From: Hadesarchaea archaeon
GTDB lineage: Archaea; Hadarchaeota; Hadarchaeia; Hadarchaeales; WYZ-LMO6
Assembly (NCBI GenBank): GCA_029259185.1
Contig: JAPDJF010000020.1
Span: 1-24,804 of the forward strand
Direction of reading: 5' to 3'
Length of the DNA stretch: 24,804 nucleotides
This document shows, in pieces, positions 7,418 to 16,523 of the stretch. The notes under the pieces were generated by a model. That model was not told the origin of the DNA. It saw only the letters and a program-made list of their open reading frames with translations, and did no database searches. The translations under genes were made by a program, and so were the position numbers. How positions within the stretch are numbered: position 1 is the stretch's first letter; each line of letters begins with the position of its first letter.

Positions 7418-8551
7418 ATGCGGGTTGCTTTGGTGGTTCCCCCGTGGGTGAGGGTACCTCCGGTGAGATATGGTGGCATCGAGTACGAGGTCGCATTGCT
7501 CGCTGATGGGCTAGTGGAGAGGGGGCATGACGTCACCGTGTACACTGTGCGGAGTTCAAGGAGCAAAGGTAAAGTAAGGGGAATATTCGAGGAAGGGAGG
7601 CTCTCGACCCTAGACGGTTCGAGAATAGACATATTCAGAGAAGGTGTGCTTCACTCGATCGCCGCATACAAGGAGATATCGCTTGAAGGATTTGACGTAG
7701 TGCATGATCACACATGGGGGGAAGGCTTGGCCTGTGCAGCTTTCACACGGATCCCTACCGTCCATACCATCCATGGTGTGGTGGACGAGCGGAACGAGGC
7801 ATTTTACCGTACGCTCTCCAAGCTCGCGAACATATTTCTCGTCACCATAAGCAACTGGCAGCGAGCACTTCTCGTAGGTCTGCCGAACTGTGTGGGGACA
7901 GTCCACAACGCCGTTGATGTTCGCGAGTTTCCGTATCGAGAGGAGAAAGAGGATTTCTTCCTCTATCTGGGGAGGTTCTGTCCTGAGAAGGGAGCACACC
8001 TAGCATGTGAGGCGGTGAGGAGGATCGATGGCAGGTTAGTGCTCGTTGGGAAGCTGAATGAAAGGGCCGAGTGGGAATACTTTGAGAGAGAAATTAAACC
8101 GTATGTGGATGGAAAACAAATAATCTTTGAAGGTGAGGTAAGTAACCAGCGGAAGAAAGAACTGCTCGCTCATGCCTCAGCTTTGTTAGTCCCCCTTCAG
8201 TGGGATGAGCCGTTCGGGATAGTGATGGTCGAGGCCCTCGCTTGTGGAACACCAGTAGTAGCATTCAACCGCGGGGCGGCCCCTGAGATAGTGAAGAATG
8301 GGGAGGTGGGGTTCGTCGTTAACGGTTTTGAGGAGTTCGTGAAACGGATGAAGGATGTCCATGACATCGACTCGAGGAAATGCAGAGAGCGGGTGGTGGA
8401 GGAGTTCAGCAAGGAGGTAATGGTTAAAAAGTATGAGGAGGTATATCATCGAATCGTCGGAGAGGAGCCATGGAGCACTCGACGTGGTTCATCGGTGAGA
8501 ACCGCTTCGATCCAGCAAGACAAAAAGTCTACGAAACTCTTTTCGCGTTAG
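7418..8551 (+). CDS. GT4 family glycosyltransferase
   Basis: VPPVRYGGIE, GRFCPEKG, WDEPFGIVMVEALACGTPVV; GGAGGTG ribosome-binding site. Confidence 0.93.
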   Translation: MRVALVVPPWVRVPPVRYGGIEYEVALLADGLVERGHDVTVYTVRSSRSKGKVRGIFEEGRLSTLDGSRIDIFREGVLHSIAAYKEISLEGFDVVHDHTWGEGLACAAFTRIPTVHTIHGVVDERNEAFYRTLSKLANIFLVTISNWQRALLVGLPNCVGTVHNAVDVREFPYREEKEDFFLYLGRFCPEKGAHLACEAVRRIDGRLVLVGKLNERAEWEYFEREIKPYVDGKQIIFEGEVSNQRKKELLAHASALLVPLQWDEPFGIVMVEALACGTPVVAFNRGAAPEIVKNGEVGFVVNGFEEFVKRMKDVHDIDSRKCRERVVEEFSKEVMVKKYEEVYHRIVGEEPWSTRRGSSVRTASIQQDKKSTKLFSR

Positions 8552-10695
8552 GAAATGGGTTCTTAGGAAGCAGGGGGGTACTTGAAGAGATCCCCCCAGG
8601 TTGCCATCCCGGAACCTACCTAGCAGGAGTTTACGATAGATCCGAAGCAGAGACCTTTGAGCTGGTGAACCTTCCCAATCCGGTCCACTTTCGGGTGTAC
8701 GTAGATGGGGCTCCCTTGGAGATTCAGCGTGCGCTGCGACATGAGCGTCAGTTGGACATGCGTAGGGCCGTCCTCAAACGAAGAACCATTTTCTGCGATC
8801 GGAAGGGAAAGAGGTACCTGTATTCCTCCGAGAGGTTCATCAGCCTAGCAGATGAGAGCTTGGGCGTGATGAGGGTGGGAATAAAGCCGCTGGATGGGGA
8901 AGCAACCGTGCGGGTCGAAAGCGCGCTGGATACCGGCGTAGCTAACGCCTCCCGAACTGGTAGAGATCCTGTGAGGCATTACAGGGTGATACGCGTGGAA
9001 ACGAAGAGAGACGGGCTCGGGCGCGTGATCGTGAGGACACTAGATCGCGGGGTGAAGATCGTGCACACGTCTAGGATGTATCCGGGGAACGTTGAGGATA
9101 GGAGGAGTTCGGTCGTCCACCGCTGGGAGGGAAAAGTTGGAAGAGGGATAACCCTAACCTTCCGTAAGGTGTTTCGTGTTTCCAAGGGTGGGGATGGGAC
9201 CCTCCCCCGTCCCACAGAGCGATTTTTCGATTCGGCTTTCGAAGAGCACGCGGAAAAGTGGGGGAAACGTTGGTTGGAGGCCGACGTGAGGCTCTCCGGG
9301 AATCCCGAGGACCAAAGGGCTCTGAGATTCTGTATTTTTCACTTGCTTATCGCCGGGAGCGAGAGGTATGAGTGGAGCATTCCCGCTAAGACCCTGAGTG
9401 GGGAAGGTTACGGGGGGCATATCTTCTGGGATGCGGAGATATACATGCTGCCTTTCTTCGCCCACACATTGCCCCGGATAGCCCGAAACATGCTGATGTA
9501 CAGATACAGGAGGCTTCAACCTGCACGGGAGAAAGCGAGAGCCCTAGGTTATCGCGGGGCCCTCTTTCCTTGGGAGTCCGCTGATACGGGGGAAGAAGTT
9601 ACCCCGAGATATCTCATGGATCGAAGAGGCAAACGGGTCAGGGTCTATACCCACGAGAGGGAGCATCACATCGCAGGTGATGTGGCATACGCGGTGGGGA
9701 GGTATTACACGATCACCGGTGATGACGATTTCATGCTGAAGTATGGGGCGGAAATGGTTTTTGAAGTCGCACGCTTCTGGGAGAGCAGAGTTGTATTTGA
9801 TTCGGAAACGGGTCTTTTCGAGATAAAGAACGTGATCGGACCGAATGAATTCCAGACCGGTGTTGACAACAACTCCTACACGAACCATCTAGCGAGATGG
9901 TGCCTACTCTACGCGCGGGAACTCCGGCAGAGACTGTCTCAGGAGTATCCGAGAGAGATGAAGAGGTTGGAAAAACGAATGGGTATTGGGGATAGAGAAT
10001 TCGAGAGATTCGAGGAGATAGCTTCCAGGATGAAGTTCCTCCAGCGAGAGGATGGACTTATCGAGCAATTCGAGGGCTACTTCGGACTCGAAGATGCGAT
10101 GGTCGGTGATGTGGACGGTAAGGTATCTCTCCCCCGCCCCGAGGAACTTGAGGAATCCCATACCCAACTGACTAAGCAGGCGGATGTTGCGTTGCTTTTG
10201 ACCCTCTTTCCTGAGGACTTCTCAGAAGAGGTCAAGATAAAGAATTTTGAGTATTATGAGAGAAGGTGTACCCATAGGTCATCACTGAGCCCGCCCGTCT
10301 TCGGTCTCCTCGCCGCCCGGATTGGACGTACGGAAAAAGCGTACCGTTATTTTAGGCTGGCTTCGAATGCCGACTTGGAGGATTACTACGGCAATACGGG
10401 GGACGGAATCCACGGGGCTATGATAGGAGGAGTTTGGATGCTTGTGGTCAACGGTTTCATGGGAGTTCACGTCCGAGGGGATCACATGGTCTTGGATCCA
10501 TCTCTCCCAAAGGCGTGGAGGAGCGTGAGGCTCGGCCTGAGATGGAAAGGGAATCACTTGAAGCTCTGGGTTTCCAAGAAATATACGCGCGTGTTCAACT
10601 CGGGCCCTAGAAGGGTACAGGTGGAGGTGTGGGGAACGGTCAAGACGGTTCCTCCGGGCCACACTGTTCGGGTGGTGAATCCCTCTAAGAGTTGA
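8470..10695 (+). CDS. GH65 glycoside phosphorylase/hydrolase (kojibiose/trehalose/maltose phosphorylase family)
   Basis: ETLFALGNGFLGSRG, GEGYGGHIFWDAE, GALFPWES, GPNEF (catalytic Glu region), KQADV, HRSSLS. Confidence 0.93.
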   Translation: MEHSTWFIGENRFDPARQKVYETLFALGNGFLGSRGVLEEIPPGCHPGTYLAGVYDRSEAETFELVNLPNPVHFRVYVDGAPLEIQRALRHERQLDMRRAVLKRRTIFCDRKGKRYLYSSERFISLADESLGVMRVGIKPLDGEATVRVESALDTGVANASRTGRDPVRHYRVIRVETKRDGLGRVIVRTLDRGVKIVHTSRMYPGNVEDRRSSVVHRWEGKVGRGITLTFRKVFRVSKGGDGTLPRPTERFFDSAFEEHAEKWGKRWLEADVRLSGNPEDQRALRFCIFHLLIAGSERYEWSIPAKTLSGEGYGGHIFWDAEIYMLPFFAHTLPRIARNMLMYRYRRLQPAREKARALGYRGALFPWESADTGEEVTPRYLMDRRGKRVRVYTHEREHHIAGDVAYAVGRYYTITGDDDFMLKYGAEMVFEVARFWESRVVFDSETGLFEIKNVIGPNEFQTGVDNNSYTNHLARWCLLYARELRQRLSQEYPREMKRLEKRMGIGDREFERFEEIASRMKFLQREDGLIEQFEGYFGLEDAMVGDVDGKVSLPRPEELEESHTQLTKQADVALLLTLFPEDFSEEVKIKNFEYYERRCTHRSSLSPPVFGLLAARIGRTEKAYRYFRLASNADLEDYYGNTGDGIHGAMIGGVWMLVVNGFMGVHVRGDHMVLDPSLPKAWRSVRLGLRWKGNHLKLWVSKKYTRVFNSGPRRVQVEVWGTVKTVPPGHTVRVVNPSKS

Positions 10696-10723
10696 GGATT
10701 TTCGGGCGAGTATACACGGCTGG

Positions 10724-11770
10724 CTATCGGTACCACTCCAAGCTCTGGGTGATGTAGTCTGTGAAGTCTTCGAAGAATTTTTTGCTTTTCTCCTTCATCT
10801 TCGTCTTCGCGATGAAGTCCTTTGCTTTCCTCGCGTGCTTTATCGACTCCGCCTTCGCAGCATCCAGCGCACCACTCCTCCTCAGCATTTCCTTAAGGAT
10901 TTCAAGTTCTTCTCCATTCAGCACACCTTTTCCTGAGAGCTTCCGGAAGATCTTCAGGTCCTCATCTCCCCCTAGCTCTAACATCAGCACCACGTGGAGC
11001 GGTTTTTTGCCCTTACGTAGATCACCGCCCGGGCACCTTCCATACTGCTGTTCCGTGGCGAAGGTGTCTATAATATCGTCTTGAATGTCGAACGCGTAAC
11101 CGATGTGTGTAGCGGCACTCCTCAAAACCTCTATGTCTTCCTCCGGTGCACCCCCGAGGATAGCACCCGTTACCATAGTTGTCGTAAATAGGGAGGTGGC
11201 TCTTTTCGAAGCCATGGTGTACCATTCCTCGACACTCGGTTCCTCTCGCTCGAAGAGTAAATCGAGAATTTGGCTCTCGTTGACCCTCCGGTAGCTTTCT
11301 GTGAAAAGGTTCACAACACGGAGCAATCTTTCTTTCTCGAAACCGGAGGTGAGCACGGCCTCCAGCGAGAGGGCGTAGGCTATATCGCCGATGAACATAG
11401 ACAGACCCTCTCCGAGCCTCACTCCGTGGACCTCAGAGAACATCACGTGAAGCGATTTGCCCCCTCTCCGAGTTTCATCCTTATCAGCCAAGTCGTCGTG
11501 GATGAGGATGGAGTGTCTGTATATCTCCACTCCGACGGCTACCCGGAGGATCTTCTCGTCGATCTTCCCCCCATACCCCTCGTAGGTGAGGAGGGTGCTA
11601 CAAGAGGCCAGCCTCTTTCCCTTCCTCCGTACGTATTCCTCGAGTCTCTTATAACTCTCCAAGATCGATGGATGGTAGCCTCCAGCCTCGAGCCTCAGGG
11701 ATTCAAAATATTTTCCCAATTCGTTCTCCACGATGGAGGAATACCGCTCAAGCGTGTCCTCCAAGTTCAT
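10724..11770 (-). CDS. Polyprenyl diphosphate synthase (trans-IPPS)
   Basis: GKRL, LIHDDLADKDETRRG (FARM), FDIQDDIID (SARM), GDLRKGK; start at MNLED (11770) after an AGGAGG site. Confidence 0.92.
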   Translation of the reverse strand: MNLEDTLERYSSIVENELGKYFESLRLEAGGYHPSILESYKRLEEYVRRKGKRLASCSTLLTYEGYGGKIDEKILRVAVGVEIYRHSILIHDDLADKDETRRGGKSLHVMFSEVHGVRLGEGLSMFIGDIAYALSLEAVLTSGFEKERLLRVVNLFTESYRRVNESQILDLLFEREEPSVEEWYTMASKRATSLFTTTMVTGAILGGAPEEDIEVLRSAATHIGYAFDIQDDIIDTFATEQQYGRCPGGDLRKGKKPLHVVLMLELGGDEDLKIFRKLSGKGVLNGEELEILKEMLRRSGALDAAKAESIKHARKAKDFIAKTKMKEKSKKFFEDFTDYITQSLEWYR

Positions 11771-11961
11771 CCAGTCCCTCCTGCAGGCTCTCCGGTTCGT
11801 GCCCACTGGTCTGGTTCCTCCCCATCCCGGGGACATCCTCCAGTTTTCTGGTCCTCATTTCCTTCCCCATTTATCCACGCTCAATAAATGTTTCCTTGTA
11901 TCAATTTCTTTTCTCACCCCAGGGTTGTATCCTTTTTAACCGCTTAAGAGAACATCCGAAC

Positions 11962-14331
11962 GTGCACACCGCCGTGAAGGTTGCTCTGGTACTCCTCATC
12001 TGTGTCGTAGCCGTAGTTGGGGGGATGTTCCTCCGGGGTCGGGAAGAGCGGGAAAGGCGTGTTGAGGAAGGAGGGAGGATGGAGGGAGGGGTAGTGGATG
12101 TGAGCTTTAGTGTGCGAGTGCCCGAGAACACACCCGGATCGAGCGTGTATTTGGTGGTGATTTCGTTTAGGGGTGATGAAGTGAAGCGCGTGAAGATGGT
12201 AGAAGCGAGACCGAACGAGTGGACGACTACCCTAACCCTTACCGAGGGCGCGCTGATCCGTTATTTCTATGACAGGGGAAACCCGTCGACGAAGGAGAGA
12301 TTCGATGAGGATGTGAGAATCTCCTTCAGGTATTTGCTAGTCTCCCGCGAGGATCCAGAGGTGGAGGATGTTGTGGCGATGTGGGAGGATGTTCCGTGCG
12401 TGCGGGAAGTCGCAACGCTTCGCGGTACGGTCACCGGTGGAGGGTCTCCTCTCGTAGGCGCGACGGTCTCCGTGAATGGGTTCCACGCGGCCACGAACTA
12501 CGATGGGAGCTTTGAAATCGAGGGAGTCCCAGTTGGGAAGCAGAGGATCACGGTCTTCACTACACTGGGGGAGTACAAGCCACTCTCTAAGGAAATCTAC
12601 CTCACCTCGGCCGGGGAAAACGTGAACTTCGACTTGGAACCGGCGAAGGGTGTTATGGTTACTCTCACCGTGAAGCCTCCAGCCGAAACTCCAAAGAACG
12701 CGATCATCAAAATAAGCGGGAACCTATACCAGCTTGGTTCGGTGAGATGGCAACTTAACGGACTCACCCCAGACCCAACGAGATGGGTTCGTATGGAAAA
12801 GCTCCCGGATGGTAGGCTCACCACGACCCTTGAGTTACACGAGGGGACGTATGTGGAGTATGTGTACACACTGGGGTTGAATGACGAAGTCGCCTCTCAA
12901 AGGCGGGTAATACGAAGCTTCGTGGTGGACGGCGTCGATGAGGTTAGGAATGAGATCATCGAAAGTTGGAGCCTTGAGGGTGAGGTACCCGTAACTTTGA
13001 ATGTCACCATCCCCACGAACACACCCCCTGAAGATGAGATCTTCATAGATGTGGGTGGTCCGATCCTCCCAATGGACAGGATGTCGGAAAACATGTGGAC
13101 TTTCACCTATTTTACCCACCCTGGGTGGACTTGGAAGTACAGATACGTGCGCGGTGGCGTGGGCGGCGTGGGAAACGAGGCCTTCCAGCCTGATAACCTC
13201 CAAGCTTATAGATCCGTGTTCATCCCGGACAATGGGGTGGTGGTTGAGGATGTGGTTGAAAGGTGGAGGTGGTTCCCGAGGGGAAATTATCCACCCGTGT
13301 ATGACTTCGAGCTCACGCACGTGAAACCTAGAGACTTCTTCATCACAGGAGTGCTTTTTCCAGACTATTGGACACCTTCCTTCTTTTCTTTGTTTAAGAG
13401 TAGCCTCGATCGCTTGGATGCGAACAACTGCGATTGGGTCGCACTGGCTTCCGTATGGGATTGGGGGCGGATGAGTCCACTGCCTAAGCTCCAGAACCGA
13501 AGCATATGGTCTCCGTCGGTGATGATGCCTACTGAAGATCTAAGGGAAGTGACGAGGCTGGCGACCGCGAAGGGAAAGCGGGTGTATCTCATGCTCACCA
13601 TGAATGATGAAATGACCCCCGGCATTCCGTACTGGGATTTCCACTCACGGGAGTGGTATGATGGGTGGTACCGGGAAGCGAGGAAATTCTTCCTTTATCA
13701 CGCCAAAATAGCTGAGGAGCTTGGAGTGAGCGTCCTCCAGCTCCACGGTGTGACTCTCTTCCAGTATAAGGATCCCTCGCTGAAGGAGGTGGTCGATAAT
13801 TACATGCGGAGCATCATCACCGAGATGCGCGAACTGTTTAGCGGATATCTCGTGATCGACGGCCCTCCCTCGGGCTACAGGCACTACGAACTCTTGGACT
13901 TCATAGGGGTTTCGGTTTGGCAGGACTTGGAGGTTAGGAAGGACGCAACAGTGGACGAGCTGAAGGCTGCGTTTGACGCCTACTTCGATGGGGAGGTTAA
14001 AGAGATCTACGAGACTTACGGGAAGCCCGTGGTGATCACCCAGTTCGCGTATCCGAGTATCGACGGTGGGGCGAACCAGCTTCCATATATTTCAGCCCAT
14101 GATGAGGACGATCCCTCGATAACCCTTGATCTGGAGGAGCAAGCTAGGATATACGAGGCAGCTTTTCGCTCGATAGCTGAAAGGGAGTGGATCGTGGGGT
14201 TCATCCCATTCGGTTACAGCTACTTGGATCTCCCGGAAAGTAAGGATGAGTCGATCCGTGGGAAGCCAGCGGAGAACGTGCTTGCAGCGTATTACCTCGC
14301 GTTCGGTGAGGTTTCGGGTGAGCTCTCCTGA
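11962..14331 (+). CDS. Membrane-anchored multidomain protein: three CBM20-like beta-sandwich repeats, a carboxypeptidase-regulatory-like domain and a C-terminal GH113-like TIM barrel
   Basis: N-terminal TM helix; repeats VSFSVRVPENTP / VTLTVKPPAETP / VTLNVTIPTNTP each followed by M...W...Y.Y...W; LRGTVT..PLVGATVSV..TNYDGSFEIEGVP; C-terminal LDFIGVS, YGKPVVITQFAYPS, DLEEQARIYEA, IRGKPAE. TATA-like TTTTTAA ~25 nt before GTG 11962. Confidence 0.75.
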   Translation: MHTAVKVALVLLICVVAVVGGMFLRGREERERRVEEGGRMEGGVVDVSFSVRVPENTPGSSVYLVVISFRGDEVKRVKMVEARPNEWTTTLTLTEGALIRYFYDRGNPSTKERFDEDVRISFRYLLVSREDPEVEDVVAMWEDVPCVREVATLRGTVTGGGSPLVGATVSVNGFHAATNYDGSFEIEGVPVGKQRITVFTTLGEYKPLSKEIYLTSAGENVNFDLEPAKGVMVTLTVKPPAETPKNAIIKISGNLYQLGSVRWQLNGLTPDPTRWVRMEKLPDGRLTTTLELHEGTYVEYVYTLGLNDEVASQRRVIRSFVVDGVDEVRNEIIESWSLEGEVPVTLNVTIPTNTPPEDEIFIDVGGPILPMDRMSENMWTFTYFTHPGWTWKYRYVRGGVGGVGNEAFQPDNLQAYRSVFIPDNGVVVEDVVERWRWFPRGNYPPVYDFELTHVKPRDFFITGVLFPDYWTPSFFSLFKSSLDRLDANNCDWVALASVWDWGRMSPLPKLQNRSIWSPSVMMPTEDLREVTRLATAKGKRVYLMLTMNDEMTPGIPYWDFHSREWYDGWYREARKFFLYHAKIAEELGVSVLQLHGVTLFQYKDPSLKEVVDNYMRSIITEMRELFSGYLVIDGPPSGYRHYELLDFIGVSVWQDLEVRKDATVDELKAAFDAYFDGEVKEIYETYGKPVVITQFAYPSIDGGANQLPYISAHDEDDPSITLDLEEQARIYEAAFRSIAEREWIVGFIPFGYSYLDLPESKDESIRGKPAENVLAAYYLAFGEVSGELS

Positions 14332-14379
14332 GCACTTCTTTCGTACCCTGATCTCAATCTCGCACCTGGTCACCGAAAC

Positions 14380-14730
14380 CTAACATATCTCCACCTGAAG
14401 ACATGGTAGGTCGGTTTTCAAGCTCCGCAGGAAGCGAAGCTCCCGGATACCAGGGATTTCCGGGTAGCCTCCGTTGCAGCTAACCGCAACTTCATCGTGC
14501 ACCAAGCTTTCGGCCTGATGCAGGGCGGTAAGCCCGCTTCCCGCGCTTAGCCAGCGCCTCGGACTTCCATCGGCGGTCATGCTCTCTTTTGCCCCGCGTA
14601 AGAGACTCCGAGAGCTGGAGTTCAGGCTTGCGCGGATCGACCGGAGCATGTCCGGACTTTTGGAAGAAGAATACGTGTTCCTCTGTCCACACATGGTCGA
14701 GAAACTTAGACGAGCTGGGGGGACACCTCT
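14380..14730 (-). ncRNA. Decayed tnpB 3' end with a retained structured RNA (omegaRNA-like) and degenerate right end
   Basis: Six consecutive hairpins at 14420-14557 with minus-strand G-U wobbles and a CAUGCUC/GAGCAUG stem; frame-broken remnants VPPA..MCGQR / FF.KSGH..VD / ASLN resemble the TnpB Zn-finger and RuvC-III; ends TTCAGGTGGAGATATGTTAG. Confidence 0.5.
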
Positions 14731-14775
14731 CTGGCCTACGAACCGAGTAAAATATCGAGGAACTAAATAAATTCG

Positions 14776-15126
14776 ATGGTGGGAGCAGTGATAGAATCCT
14801 ACGGCTTCGGGAGAATAGTGGTAAACGGACGGACCTATACCTCGGATGTCTTGATTTTCCCCGATCACGTTGAGGATGGGTGGTGGAGAGAAGAAGGGCA
14901 TCGCCTTTCGGTCAGGGATTTGAAAAGGGTTCTTGAGGCTAGGCCTGAGGTACTGATCGTGGGTACGGGTGAGTTGGGGATGATGCGAGTTCCGGAGGAA
15001 ACGGCGGAGTTCGTTCGTTCGGAGGGTATCGAGCTCGTGGTCAAGCCAACCGGAAAAGCGGTCGAACTCTACAATGAGTTTTCGAAGACAAGGCGGGTGG
15101 TGGCCGCTATGCACCTCACGTGTTGA
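14776..15126 (+). CDS. Mth938-like (DUF498) protein
   Basis: IESYGFGRIVVNGRTY..D, PEVLIVGTG, T..AVELYN, AAMHLTC. Confidence 0.92.
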   Translation: MVGAVIESYGFGRIVVNGRTYTSDVLIFPDHVEDGWWREEGHRLSVRDLKRVLEARPEVLIVGTGELGMMRVPEETAEFVRSEGIELVVKPTGKAVELYNEFSKTRRVVAAMHLTC

Positions 15127-15272
15127 ACCGAGGTTACGAGATGGGGAGGAAAAGGATGAAAGAGGGTAGACCAAAGGGAGAAGTGGAAAAAGCCTTAAGA
15201 GCGATCTTCCGGGATCGGTATGCGGGGCGTCCGAGTCCTCCATACCCTCCAGCACACTCGCCTCTGAGTTAC

Positions 15273-16520
15273 ATGGGGAAAGGGCGCACGGCTACCCGCT
15301 TAGCCCTTAGACTCTCGCTTTTGACACTTTTGGTGCTCCTCACGGGTTTGGTTTTAGCGGAGGGCACTAGAGCCCAAGAGAATTTCGTTTACCTCATCAG
15401 GGTCAAGGGTGATATCAACGCGGGCATCGCGGATTTCATCGGGAAATCCGTCGAGCGGGCTGAAGGGGATAACGTCCCGTTGTTGATAAGGATCGATACC
15501 CCAGGAGGATTGCTTTCGGCGACCGAACGGATCGTCAAGCGGATTCAGGGATCTGAGGTGCGGGTGGTGGTCTGGGTCTCTCCCGCCGGTGCATGGGCCT
15601 ACTCAGCGGGGACCTTCATCCTACTCGCCTCGGATGTTGCAGTGATGGACAACAACACGGTGATAGGAGCAGCCCAACCGAGACCGGAAGATCCGAAGAT
15701 TACCCAGGCGATGGCGGAGTGGATAGAATCGATCGCCAAAAGCAAGGGGCGTCCAGCAGAGATCGTGAGGAGTTTCGTCGAGAACAATCGCACGATGGAC
15801 GAAGAAGAGGCAATGAGGGAGGGAGTGATAGACCTCGTGACGGGGAACGTGAATGAGATCCTCACCTATCTTGGTCTCGGTGGGGCAGAGGTCAGGGAGA
15901 TGAAAATGAGCTGGATCAGTGAATTTTTGCGTATCATCAGTAATCCACAAGTTGTCTTCATCCTCTTCATCCTCGGGCTCTTCGGCTTGATAGCGGAGAT
16001 CACCACCCCTGGCGTAGGGGTTCCGGGGGTGGGTGGAGCGATATGTCTATTACTCTCCCTGTGGGGAATGGGGGTGCTCCGAATAAGCTACACAGGGGTG
16101 GCGCTCATAGGTTTGGGAATAATCCTGCTCGCGTACGAACTCCTCACTTCCGGGTTCGGAGTCTTCGGGAGTGGGGGGGTGGTGGCCCTCCTGATAGGGT
16201 TGATGATGGTCGATAAGGAGCCTTGGATGGAGATCGTTGGTACGGTGATGAAAGGTGTGATCCTGGGCATGGTCTTGATCTTGGCTGTCCTCCTTTTCTT
16301 AATCAGACGATCGGTGAGGAGGCCCACGGTTACGGGCAAAGAGGGGCTGGTCGGGAAAGTGGGCAAAACCGTCACGGAGCTGGCTCCCGAAGGCCTCGTC
16401 AGCCTCGATGGTGAACTCTGGACAGCGATTTGTGGAGAGCACCTCCGAAAGGATGAAGAAGTAATCGTGAAAGAGGTGCGGGGGATAAAACTGATCGTCG
16501 AGAAATATCGGAAGGAATGA
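15273..16520 (+). CDS. nfeD: NfeD long-form membrane serine protease (ClpP-like domain + TM domain + OB fold)
   Basis: Signal peptide, IDTPGG, AYSAGTFI, IGAAQP, EITTPGVG, TGKEGLVGKVG, L.PEG.V..DGELW; start ATG 15273 chosen. Confidence 0.92.
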   Translation: MGKGRTATRLALRLSLLTLLVLLTGLVLAEGTRAQENFVYLIRVKGDINAGIADFIGKSVERAEGDNVPLLIRIDTPGGLLSATERIVKRIQGSEVRVVVWVSPAGAWAYSAGTFILLASDVAVMDNNTVIGAAQPRPEDPKITQAMAEWIESIAKSKGRPAEIVRSFVENNRTMDEEEAMREGVIDLVTGNVNEILTYLGLGGAEVREMKMSWISEFLRIISNPQVVFILFILGLFGLIAEITTPGVGVPGVGGAICLLLSLWGMGVLRISYTGVALIGLGIILLAYELLTSGFGVFGSGGVVALLIGLMMVDKEPWMEIVGTVMKGVILGMVLILAVLLFLIRRSVRRPTVTGKEGLVGKVGKTVTELAPEGLVSLDGELWTAICGEHLRKDEEVIVKEVRGIKLIVEKYRKE

Positions 16521-16523
16521 CTT

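Noticed and set aside
11668-11961. N-terminal extension of the 887-aa ORF
   Set aside because: Overlaps the divergent prenyl synthase and promoter region; the TM anchor and TATA point to GTG 11962.
14380-14740. RNase P RNA, SRP RNA or group I/II intron
   Set aside because: Partial look-alikes (AAAGTCCGG, GGGCTTAC) do not form the P4 pairing; no SRP helix-8 motif; no intron domain V or P7 core found.
14380-15255. 291-aa minus-strand ORF and the small ORFs 14492-14692 and 14579-14770
   Set aside because: Antisense to Mth938 or overlapping the structured RNA; no coherent domain.
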